Counted from the first letter of the stretch, positions 29,301 to 41,600 are shown. The stretch: DNA of 64,000 nt from Paragordius varius (GCA_964247055.1 OZ176050.1:682001-746000), one strand, 5' to 3'. A program made the numbers and translations. Notes: generated by a model not told the origin, from the sequence alone.

Positions 29301-32300
29301 AATTTTTATGAATTTTTTAAATATTTAAAAAATTTATTTTATACGATTTTAAAAATAAAAATGGCTACCTAAAATCCAAATTTGATCAGGTGATGTCACC
29401 ATAATTTTTTTTGGGTAGCCCTATGGTAGTTCCATCATCACCCCAAATATTGTCGAGATCGGAGTATAAATGTAATTTTTTTGAATTTTTTAAATATTTA
29501 AAAAATTTATTTTATACGATTTTAAAAATAAAAATGGCTACCTAAAATCCAAATTTGATCAGGTGATGTCACCATAATTTTTTTTGGGTAGCCCTATGGT
29601 AGTTCCATCATCACCCCAAATATTTTCGAGATCGGAGTATAAATGTAATTTTTATGAATTTTTTAAATATTTAAAAAATTTATTTTATACGATTTTAAAA
29701 ATAAAAATGGCTACTCTAAAATCCAAATTTGATCAGGTGATGTCACTATAATTTTTTTTGGGTAGCCCTATGGTAGTTCCATCATCACCCCAAATATTTT
29801 CGAGATCGGAGTATAAATGTAATTTTTATGAATTTTTTAAATATTAAAAAAATTTATTTTATACGATTTTAAAAATAAAAATGGCTACCTAAAATCCAAA
29901 TTTGATCAGGTGATGTCACCATATTTTTTTTTGGGTAGCCCTATGGTAGTTCCATCATCACCCCAAATATTTTGGGGATCGGACTATAAATGTAATTTTT
30001 ATGAATTTTTTAAATATTTAAAAAATTTATTTTATACGATTTTAAAAATAAAAATGGCTACCTAAAATCCAAATTTGATCAGGTGATGCCATAATTTTTT
30101 TTGGGTAGCCCTATGGTAGTTCCATCATCACCCCAAATATTTTCGAGATCGGAGTATAAATGTAATTTTTATGAATTTTTTAAATATTTAAAAAATTTAT
30201 TTTATACGATTTTAAAAATAAAAATGGCTACCTAAAATCCAAATTTGATCAGGTGATGTCACCATAATTTTTTTTGGGTAGCCCTATGGTAGTTCCATCA
30301 TCACCCCAAATATTTTCGAGATCGGAGTATAAATGTAATTTTTATGAATTTTTTAAATATTTAAAAAATTTATTTTATACGATTGTAAAAATAAAAATGG
30401 CTACCTAAAATCCAAATTTGATCAGGCGATGTCACCATAATTTTTTTTGAGCCCTATGGTAGTTCCATCATCACCCCAAATATTGTCGAGATCGGAGTAT
30501 AAATGTAATTTTTTTGAATTTTTTAAATATTTAAAAAATTTATTTTATACGATTTTAAAACTAAAAATGGCTACCTAAAATCCAAATTTGATCAGGTGAT
30601 GTCGCCATAATTTTTTTTGGGTAGCCCTATGGTAGTTCCATCATAACCCCAAATATTTTTGAGATCGGACTTTAAATGTAATTTTTATGAATTTTTTAAA
30701 TATTTAAAAAATTTATTTTATACGATTTTAAAAATAAAAATGGCTACCTAAAATCCAAATTTGATCAGGTGATGTCACAATAATTTTTTTTGGGTAGCCC
30801 TATGGTAGTTCCATCATCACCCCAAATATTTTCGAGATCGGAGTATAAATGTAATTTTTATGAATTTTTTAAATATTTAAAAAATTTATTTTATACGATT
30901 TTAAAAATAAAAATGGCTACCTAAAATCCAAATTCGATCAGGTGATGTCGCCATAATTTTTTTTGGGTAGCCCTATGGTAGTTCCATCATCACCCCAAAT
31001 ATTTTCGAGATCGGAGTATAAATGTAATTTTTATGAATTTTTTAAATATTTAAAAAATTTATTTTATACGATTTTAAAAATAAAAATGGCTACCTAAAAT
31101 ACAAATTTGATCAGGTGATGTCACCATATTTTTTTTTGGGTAGCCCTATGGTAGTTCCATCATCACCCCAAATATTTTGGGGATCGGACTATAAATGTAA
31201 TTTTTATGAATTTTTTAAATATTTAAAAAATTTATTTTATACGATTTTAAAAATAAAAATGGCTACCTAAAATCCAAATTTGATCAGGTGATGCCATAAT
31301 TTTTTTTGGGTAGCCCTATGGTAGTTCCATCATCACCCCAAATATTTTCGAGATCGGAGTATAAATGTAATTTTTATGAATTTTTTAAATATTTAAAAAA
31401 ATTATTTTATACGATTTTAAAAATAAAAATGGCTACCTAAAATCCAAATTTGATCAGGTGATGTCACCATAATTTTTTTTGGGTAGCCCTATGGTAGTTC
31501 CATCATCACCCCAAATATTTTCGAGATCGGAGTATAAATGTAATTTTTATGAATTTTTGAAATATTTAAAAAATTTATTTTATACGATTTTAAAAATAAA
31601 AATGGCTACCTAAAATCCAAATTTGATCAGGTGATGTCACTATAATTTTTTTTGGGTAGCCCTATGGTAGTTCCATCATCACCCCAAATATTTTCGAGAT
31701 CGGAGTATAAATGTAATTTTTATGAATTTTTTAAATATTAAAAAAATTTATTTTATACGAATTTAAAAATAAAAATGGCTACCTAAAATCCAAATTTGAT
31801 CAGGTGATGTCACCATATTTTTTTTTGGGTAGCCCTATGGTAGTTCCATCATTACCCCAAATATTTTGGGGATCGGACTATAAATGTAATTTTTATGAAT
31901 TTTTTAAATATTTAAAAAATTTATTTTATACGATTTTAAAAATAAAAATGGCTACCTAAAATCCAAATTTGATCAGGTGATGCCATAATTTTTTTTGGGT
32001 AGCCCTATGGTAGTTCCATCATCACCCCAAATATTTTCGAGATCGGAGTATAAATGTAATTTTTATGAATTTTTTAAATATTTATAAAATTTATTTTATA
32101 CGATTTTAAAAATAAAAATGGCTACCTAAAATCCAAATTTGATCAGGTGATGTCACCATAATTTTTTTTGGGTAGCCCTATGGTAGTTCCATCATCACCC
32201 CAAATATTTTCGAGATCGGAGTATAAATGTAATTTTTATGAATTTTTTAAATATTTAAAAAATTTATTTTATACGATTGTAAAAATAAAAATGGCTACCT

Positions 32301-34186
32301 AAAATCCAAATTTGATCAGGCGATGTCACCATAATTTTTTTTGGGTAGCCCTATGGTAGTTCCATCATCACCCCAAATATTGTCGAGATCGGAGTATAAA
32401 TGTAATTTTTTTGAATTTTTTAAATATTTAAAAAATTTATTTTATACGATTTTAAAAATAAAAATGGCTACCTAAAATCCAAATTTGATCAGGTGATGCC
32501 ATAATTTTTTTGGGTAGCCCTATGGTAGTTCCATCATCACCCCAAATATTTTCGAGATCGGAGTATAAATGTAATTTTTATGAATTTTTTAAATATTTAA
32601 AAAAATTATTTTATACGATTTTAAAAATAAAAATGGCTACCTAAAATCCAAATTTGATCAGGTGATGCCATAATTTTTTTTGGGTAGCCCTATGGTAGTT
32701 CCATCATCACCCCAAATATTTTCGAGATCGGAGTATAAATGTAATTTTTATGAATTTTTTAAATATTTAAAAAATTTATTTTATACGATTTTAAAAATAA
32801 AAATGGCTACCTAAAATCCAAATTTGATCAGGTGATGTCACCATAATTTTTTTTGGGTAGCCCTATGGTAGTTCCATCATCACCCCAAATATTTTCGAGA
32901 TCGGAGTATAAATGTAATTTTTATGAATTTTTTAAATATTTAAAAAATTTATTTTATACGATTGTAAAAATAAAAATGGCTACCTAAAATCCAAATTTGA
33001 TCAGGCGATGTCACCATAATTTTTTTTGGGTAGCCCTATGGTAGTTCCATCATCACCCCAAATATTGTCGAGATCGGAGTATAAATGTAATTTTTTTGAA
33101 TTTTTTAAATATTTAAAAAATTTATTTTATACGATTTTAAAACTAAAAATGGCTACCTAAAATCCAAATTTGATCAGGTGATGTCGCCATAATTTTTTTT
33201 GGGTAGCCCTATGGTAGTTCCATCATAACCCCAAATATTTTTGAGATCGAACTTTAAATGTAATTTTTATGAATTTTTTAAATATTTAAAAAATTTATTT
33301 TATACGATTTTAAAAATAAAAATGGCTACCTAAAATCCAAATTTGATCAGGTGATGTCACCATAATTTTTTTTGGGTAGCCCTATGGTAGTTCCATCATC
33401 ACCCCAAATATTTTCGAGATCGGAGTATAAATGTAATTTTTATGAATTTTTTAAATATTTAAAAAATTTATTTTATACGATTTTAAAAATAAAAATGGCT
33501 ACCTAAAATCCAAATTCGATCAGGTGATGTCGCCATAATTTTTTTTGGGTAGCCCTATGGTAGTTCCATCATCACCCCAAATATTTTCGAGATCGGAGTA
33601 TAAATGTAATTTTTATGAATTTTTTAAATATTTAAAAAATTTATTTTATACGATTTTAAAAATAAAAATGGCTACCTAAAATCCAAATTTGATCAGGTGA
33701 TGTCACCATAATTTTTTTTGGGTAGCCCTATGGTAGTTCTATCATCACCCCAAATATTTTGGGGATCGGACTATAAATGTAATTTTTATGAATTTTTTAA
33801 ATATTTAAAAAATTTATTTTATACGATTTTAAAACTAAAAATGGCTACCTAAAATCCAAATTTGATCAGGTGATGTCGCCATAATTTTTTTTGGGTAGCC
33901 CTATGGTAGTTCCCTCATAACCCCAAATATTTTTGAGATCGAACTTTAAATGTAATTTTTATGAATTTTTTAAATATTTAAAAAATTTATTTTATACGAT
34001 TTTAAAAATAAAAATGGCTACCTAAAATCCAAATTTGATCAGGTGATGTCACCATAATTTTTTTTGGGTAGCCCTATGGTAGTTCCATCATCACCCCAAA
34101 TATTTTCGAGATCGGAGTATAAATGTAATTTTTATGAATTTTTTAAATATTTAAAAAATTTATTTTATACGATTTTAAAAATAAAA
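23333..34186 (+). repeat. Large tandem duplication (36-monomer register, ~6.2 kb) with a nested 4-mer duplication in the first copy
   Basis: Rare variants recur at +6201: CTACTCTAAAA 23506/29707, TTGAGCCC 24196/30397, GTCACAATA 24539/30740. They then recur at +5512: ACGAATTT 26090/31602, CATTACCCC 26263/31775, TTCTATC 28156/33668. The 689-bp difference equals the 4-mer duplicated at 24712/25401. Confidence 0.92.
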
Positions 34187-34359
34187 ATGGCTACCTAAAA
34201 TCCAAATTCGATCAGGTGATGTCGCCATAATTTTTTTTGGGTAGCCCTATGGTAGTTCCATCATCACCCCAAATATTTTCGAGATCGGAGTATAAATGTA
34301 ATTTTTATGAATTTTTTAAATATTTAAAAAATTTATTTTATACGATTTTAAAAATAAAA

Positions 34360-37300
34360 ATGGCTACCTAAAATCCAAATTTGATCAGGTGATGTCACCA
34401 TATTTTTTTTGGGTAGCCCTATGGTAGTTCCATCATCACCCCAAATATTTTCGAGATCATAGTATAAATGTAATTTTTATAAATTTTTTAAATATTTAAA
34501 AAATTTATTTTCGATTTTAAGAATAAAAATGGCTACCTAAAATCCAAATTTGATCAGGTGATGTCGCCATAATTTTTTTTGGGTAGCTCTATAGTAGTTC
34601 CATCATCACCCCAAATATTTTCGAGATCGGAGTATAAATGTAATTTTTATGAATTTTTTAAATATTTAAAAAATTTATTTTATACGATTTTAAAAATAAA
34701 AATGGCTACCTAAAATCCAAATTTGATCAGGTGATGTCACCATATTTTTTTTGGGTAGCCCTATGGTAGTTCCATCATCACCCCAAATATTGTCGAGATC
34801 GGAGTATAAATGTAATTTTTATGAATTTTTTAAATATTTAAAAAATTTATTTTATACGATTTTAAAAATAAAAATGGCTACCTAAAATCCAAATTTGATC
34901 AGGTGATGTCGCCATAATTTTTTTTGGGTAGCCCTATGGTAGTTCCATCATCACCCCAAATATTTTCGAGATCATAGTATAAATGTAATTTTTATGAATT
35001 TTTTAAATATTTAAAAAATTTATTTTCGATTTTAAGAATAAAAATGGCTACCTAAAATCCAAATTTGATCAGGTGATGTCACCATAATTTTTTTTGGGTA
35101 GCCTTATGGTAGTTCCATCATCACCCCAAATATTTTCGAGATCGGAGTATAAATGTAATTTTTATGAATTTTTTAAATATTTAAAAAATTTATTTTATAC
35201 GATTTTAAAAATAAAAATGGCTACCTAAAATCCAAATTTGATCAGGTGATGTCACCATATTTTTTTTGGGTAGCCCTATGGTAGTTCCATCATCACCCCA
35301 AATATTTTCGAGATCATAGTATAAATGTAATTTTTATAAATTTTTTAAATATTTAAAAAATTTATTTTCGATTTTAAGAATAAAAATGGCTACCTAAAAT
35401 CCAAATTTGATCAGGTGATGTCGCCATAATTTTTTTTGGGTAGCTCTATAGTAGTTCCATCATCACCCCAAATATTTTCGAGATCGGAGTATAAATGTAA
35501 TTTTTATGAATTTTTTAAATATTTAAAAAATTTATTTTATACGATTTTAAAAATAAAAATGGCTACCTAAAATCCAAATTTGATCAGGTGATGTCACCAT
35601 ATTTTTTTTGGGTAGCCCTATGGTAGTTCCATCATCACCCCAAATATTGTCGAGATCGGAGTATAAATGTAATTTTTATGAATTTTTTAAATATTTAAAA
35701 AATTTATTTTATACGATTTTAAAAATAAAAATGGCTACCTAAAATCCAAATTTGATCAGGTGATGTCGCCATAATTTTTTTTGGGTAGCCCTATGGTAGT
35801 TCCATCATCACCCCAAATATTTTCGAGATCATAGTATAAATGTAATTTTTATGAATTTTTTAAATATTTAAAAAATTTATTTTCGATTTTAAGAATAAAA
35901 ATGGCTACCTAAAATCCAAATTTGATCAGGTGATGTCACCATAATTTTTTTTGGGTAGCCTTATGGTAGTTCCATCATCACCCCAAATATTTTCGAGATC
36001 GGAGTATAAATGTAATTTTTATGAATTTTTTAAATATTTAAAAAATTTATTTTCGATTTTAAGAATAAAAATGGCTACCTAAAATCCAAATTTGATCAGG
36101 TGATGTCGCCATAATTTTTTTTGGGTAGCCCTATGGTAGTTCCATCATCACCCCAAATATTTTCGAGATCGGAGTATAAATGTAATTTTTATGAATTTTT
36201 TAAATATTTAAAAAATTTATTTTATACGATTTTAAAAATAAAAATGGCTACCTAAAATCCAAATTTGATCAGGTGATGTCGCCATAATTTTTTTTGGGTA
36301 GCCCTATGGTAGTTCCATCATCACCCCAAATATTTTCGAGATCATAGTATAAATGTAATTTTTATGAATTTTTTAAATATTTAAAAAATTTATTTTCGAT
36401 TTTAAGAATAAAAATGGCTACCTAAAATCCAAATTTGATCAGGTGATGTCGCCATAATTTTTTTTGGGTAGCCCTATGGTAGTTCCATCATCACCCCAAA
36501 TATTTTCGAGATCGGCTATAAATGTAATTTTTATGAATTTTTTAAATATTTAAAAAATTTATTTTATACGATTTTAAAAATAAAAATGGCTACCTAAAAT
36601 CCAAATTTGATCAGGTGATGTCACCATAATTTTTTTTGGGTAGCCTTATGGTAGTTCCATCATCACCCCAAATATTTTCGAGATCGGAGTATAAATGTAA
36701 TTTTTATGAATTTTTTAAATATTTAAAAAATTTATTTTATACGATTTTAAAAATAAAAATGGCTACCTAAAATCCAAATTTGATCAGGTGATGTCGCCAT
36801 AATTTTTTTTGGGTAGCCCTATGGTAGTTCCATCATCACCCCAAATATTTTCGAGATCATAGTATAAATGTAATTTTTATGAATTTTTTAAATATTTAAA
36901 AAATTTATTTTCGATTTTAAGAATAAAAATGGCTACCTAAAATCCAAATTTGATCAGGTGATGTCACCATAATTTTTTTTGGGTAGCCTTATGGTAGTTC
37001 CATCATCACCCCAAATATTTTCGAGATCGGAGTATAAATGTAATTTTTATGAATTTTTTAAATATTTAAAAAATTTATTTTCGATTTTAAGAATAAAAAT
37101 GGCTACCTAAAATCCAAATTTGATCAGGTGATGTCGCCATAATTTTTTTTGGGTAGCCCTATGGTAGTTCCATCATCACCCCAAATATTTTCGAGATCGG
37201 AGTATAAATGTAATTTTTATGAATTTTTTAAATATTTAAAAAATTTATTTTATACGATTTTAAAAATAAAAATGGCTACCTAAAATCCAAATTTGATCAG

Positions 37301-37617
37301 GTGATGTCGCCATAATTTTTTTTGGGTAGCCCTATGGTAGTTCCATCATCACCCCAAATATTTTCGAGATCGGAGTATAAATGTAATTTTTATGAATTTT
37401 TTAAATATTTAAAAAATTTATTTTATACGATTTTAAAAATAAAAATGGCTACCTAAAATCCAAATTTGATCAGGTGATGTCACCATAATTTTTTTTGGGT
37501 AGCCTTATGGTAGTTCCATCATCACCCCAAATATTTTCGAGATCGGAGTATAAATGTAATTTTTATGAATTTTTTAAATATTTAAAAAATTTATTTTATA
37601 CGATTTTAAAAATAAAA
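34360..37617 (+). repeat. Local subfamily block (TTATTTTCGATTTTAAGAATA 3-nt deletion, GATCATAG, GCCTTATGG) containing a 5-mer duplicated at 857 bp
   Basis: Monomers at 34360-35216 are repeated from 35217. The deletion allele was seen only in monomers at 34360, 34874, 35217, 35731, 35901, 36244, 36759 and 36929. Confidence 0.88.
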
Positions 37618-38138
37618 ATGGCTACCTAAAATCCAAATTTGATCAGGTGATGTCGCCATAATTTTTTTTGGGTAGCCCTATAGTAGTTCCATCATCACCC
37701 CAAATATTTTCGAGATCGGAGTATAAATGTAATTTTTATGAATTTTTTAAATATTTAAAAAATTTATTTTATACGATTTTAAAAATAAAAATGGCTACCT
37801 AAAATCCAAATTTGATCAGGTGATGTCACCATAATTTTTTTTGGGTAGCCCTATGGTAGTTCCATCATCACCCCAAATATTTTCGAGATCGGAGTATAAA
37901 TGTAATTTTTGTGAATTTTTTAAATATTTAAAAAATTTATTTTATACGATTTTAAAAATAAAAATGGCTACCTAAAATCCAAATTTGATCAGGTGATGTC
38001 GCCATAATTTTTTTTGGTGAGCCCTATGGTAGTTCCATCATCACCCCAAATATTGTCGAGATCGGAGTATAAATGTAATTTTTATGAATTTTTTAAATAT
38101 TTAAAAAATTTATTTTATACGATTTTAAAAATAAAAAT

Positions 38139-38196
38139 GGCTACCTAAAATCCAAATTTGATCAGGTGATGTCACCATAATTTTTTTTGGGTAGCC
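38139..38196. repeat. 12-bp inverted repeat GGCTACCTAAAA ... TTTTGGGTAGCC (11/12, one T-G) per monomer
   Basis: Arms at 38139-38150 and 38185-38196. The reverse complement of the right arm is GGCTACCCAAAA. Confidence 0.9.
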
Positions 38197-38259
38197 CTAT
38201 GGTAGTTCCATCATCACCCCAAATATTTTCGAGATCGGAGTATAAATGTAATTTTTATG

Positions 38260-38283
38260 AATTTTTTAAATATTTAAAAAATT
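38260..38283. repeat. Perfect 24-bp palindrome AATTTTTTAAATATTTAAAAAATT (monomer nt 124-147), present in most monomers
   Basis: The sequence equals its own reverse complement. Example coordinates are given; flanking GTATAAA (nt 104-110) and TTTATAC (nt 151-157) are also complementary. Confidence 0.97.
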
Positions 38284-38654
38284 TATTTTATACGATTTTA
38301 AAAATAAAAATGGCTACCTAAAATCCAAATTTGATCAGGTGATGTCGCCATAATTTTTTTTGGGTAGCCCTATAGTAGTTCCATCATCACCCCAAATATT
38401 TTCGAGATCGGAGTATAAATGTAATTTTTATGAATTTTTTAAATATTTAAAAAATTTATTTTATACGATTTTAAAAATAAAAATGGCTACCTAAAATCCA
38501 AATTTGATCAGGTGATGTCACCATAATTTTTTTTGGTAGCCCTATGGTAGTTCCATCATCATCCCAAATATTTTCGAGATCGGAGTATAAATGTAATTTT
38601 TATGAATTTTTTAAATATTTAAAAAATTTATTTTATACGATTATTAAAATAAAA

Positions 38655-41600
38655 ATGGCTACCTAAAATCCAAATTTGATCAGGTGATGTCGCCATAATT
38701 TTTTTTGGGTAGCCCCATGGTAGTTTCATCATCACCCTAAATATTTTGGGGATCGGACTATAAATGTAATTTTTATGAATTTTTTAAATATATAAAAAAT
38801 TTATTTTATACGATTTTAAAAATAAAAATGGCTACCTAAAATCCAAATTTGATCAGGTTGTGTCACCATAATTTTTTTTGGGTAGCCCTATGGTAGTTCC
38901 ATCATCACCCCAAATATTGTCGAGATCGGAGTATAAATGTAATTTTTTTGAATTTTTTAAATATTTAAAAAATTTATTTTATACGATTTTAAAAATAAAA
39001 ATGGCTACCTAAAATCCAAATTTGATCAGGTGATGTCGCCATAATTTTTTTTGCGTAGCCCTATGGTAGTTCTATCATCACCCCAAATATTTTGGGGATC
39101 GGACTATAAATGTAATTTTTATGAATTTTTTAAATATTTAAAAAAAATTTTTTATACGATTTTAAAAATAAAAATGGCTACCTAAAATCCAAATTTGATC
39201 AGGTGATGTCACCGTATTTTTTTTTTAGCCCTATGGTAGTTCCATCATCACCCCAAATATTGTCGAGATCGGAGTATAAATGTAATTTTTTTGAATTTTT
39301 TAAAAAAAATTTATTTTATACGATTTTAAAAATAAAAATGGCTACCTAAAATCCAAATTTGATCAGGTGATGTCACCATAATTTTTTTTGGGTAGCCCTA
39401 TGGTAGTTCCATCATCACCCCAAATATTTTCGAGATCGGAGTATAAATGTAATTTTTATGAATTTTTTAAATATTTAAAAAATTGATTTTATACGATTTT
39501 AAAAATAAAAATGGCTACCTAAAATCCAAATTTGATCAGGTGATGTCACCATATTTTTTTTTGGGTAGCCCTATGGTAGTTCCATCATCACCCCAAATAT
39601 TGTCGAGATCGGAGTATAAATGTAATTTTTTTGAATTTTTTAAATATTTAAAAAATTTATTTTATACGATTTTAAAAATAAAAATGGCTACCTAAAATCC
39701 AAATTGGATCAGGTGATGTCGCCATAATTTTTTTTGGGTAGCCCTAGAGTAGTTCCATCATCACCCCAAATATTGTCGAGATCGGAATATAAATGTAATT
39801 TTTATGAATTTTTTAAATATTTAAAAAATTTATTTTATACGATTTTAAAAATAAAAATGGCTACCTAAAATCCAAATTAGATCAGGTGATGTCTCCATAA
39901 TTTTTTTTGGGTAGCCCTATGGTAATTCCATCATCACCCCAAATATTTTGGGGATCGGACTATAAATGTAATTTTTATGAATTTTTTAAATATTTAAAAA
40001 ATTTATTTTATACGATTTTAAAAATAAAAATGGCTACCTAAAATCCAAATTTGATCAGGTGTCACTATAATTTTTTTGGTTAGCCCTATGGTAGTTCCAT
40101 CATCACCTCAAATATTTTGGGGATCGGACTATAAATGTAATTTTTATGAATTTTTTAAATATTTAAAAAATTTATTTTATACGATTTTAAAAATAAAAAT
40201 GGCTACCTAAAATCCAAATTTGATCAGGTGATGTCACCATAATTTTTTTTGGGTAGCCCTATGGTAGTTCCATCATCACCCCAAATATTTTGGGGATCGG
40301 ACTATAAATGTAATTTTTTTGAATTTTTTAAATATTTAAAAAATTTATTTTATACGATTTTAAAAATAAAAATGGCTACCTAAAATCCAAATTGGATCAG
40401 GTGATGTCGCCATAATTTTTTTTGGGTAGCCCTAGAGTAGTTCCATCATCACCCCAAATATTGTCGAGATCGGAATATAAATGTAATTTTTATGAATTTT
40501 TTAAATATTTAAAAAATTTATTTTATACGATTTTAAAAATAAAAATGGCTACCTAAAATCCAAATTAGATCAGGTGATGTCTCCATAATTTTTTTTGGGT
40601 AGCCCTATGGTAATTCCATCATCACCCCAAATATTTTGGGGATCGGACTATAAATGTAATTTTTATGAATTTTTTAAATATTTAAAAAATTTATTTTATA
40701 CGATTTTAAAAATAAAAATGGCTACCTAAAATCCAAATTTGATCAGGTGATGTCACTATAATTTTTTTGGTTAGCCCTATGGTAGTTACATCATCACCTC
40801 AAATATTTTGGGGATCGGACTATAAATGTAATTTTTATGAATTTTTTAAATATTTAAAAAATTTATTTTATACGATTTTAAAAATAAAAATGGCTACCTA
40901 AAATCCAAATTTGATCAGGTGATGTCACCATAATTTTTTTTGGGTAGCCCTATGGTAGTTCCATCATCACCCCAAATATTTTGGGGATCGGACTATAAAT
41001 GTAATTTTTATGAATTTTTTAAATATTTAAAAAATTTATTTTATACGATTTTAAAAATAAAAATGGCTACCTAAAATCCAAATTTGATCAGGTGATGTCA
41101 CTATAATTTTTTTGGGTAGCCCTATGGTAGTTCCATCATCACCTCAAATATTTTGGGGATCGGACTATAAATGTAATTTTTATGAATTTTTTAAATATTT
41201 AAAAAATTTATTTTATACGATATTAAAAATAAAAATGGCTACCTAAAATCCAAATTTGATCAGGTGATGTCACCATAATTTTTTTTGGGTAGCCCTATGG
41301 TAGTTCCATCATCACCCCAAATATTGTCGAGATCGGAGTATAAATGTAATTTTTTTAAATTTTTTAAATATTTAAAAAATTTATTTTATACGATTTTAAA
41401 AATAAAAATGGCTACCTAAAATCCAAATTTATCAGGTGATGTCACCATAATTTTTTTTGGGTAGCCCTATGGTAGTTCCATCATCACCCCAAATATTTTG
41501 GGGATCGGACTATAAATGTAATTTTTTTGAATTTTTTAAAAAAAATTTATTTTATACGATTTTAAAAATAAAAATGGCTACCTAAAATCCAAATTTGATC

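Larger units (their letters stand above)
38137..38309 (+). repeat. Representative consensus monomer (173 bp); bipartite, with ~40% GC at nt 2-104 and ~6% GC at nt 105-173
   Basis: Hand count gives 45 G+C in 173 nt, 41 of them in nt 2-104. The remainder is almost only A/T tracts. Confidence 0.95.

Noticed and set aside
38137-38240. Hammerhead ribozyme as in newt, schistosome or cricket satellites (minus strand has GTGATGA, CTGATCA and CGAAA)
   Set aside because: There is no intact CUGANGA, and CGAAA lies upstream of the near-matches instead of after a stem II, so the core cannot be assembled.
38227-38243. CENP-B box (TTCG...CGG in TTTTCGAGATCGGAG)
   Set aside because: The canonical box needs TTCG-N4-A-N2-CGGG. 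Here only 4 nt separate TTCG from CGG, and the required A and third G are absent.
38241-38309. TATAAA and AATAAA motifs in each monomer as promoter or polyadenylation signals
   Set aside because: They are expected by chance in ~94% AT sequence, and there is no associated gene.
39483-39695. 70-aa ORF (MILYDFKNKNG...)
   Set aside because: It spans 1.2 satellite monomers. It exists only because a T-to-G variant makes a TTG start and the CCATAT allele removes a TAA. The product is K/F/N/I-rich as expected from AT repeats, with no recognisable domain or gene context.
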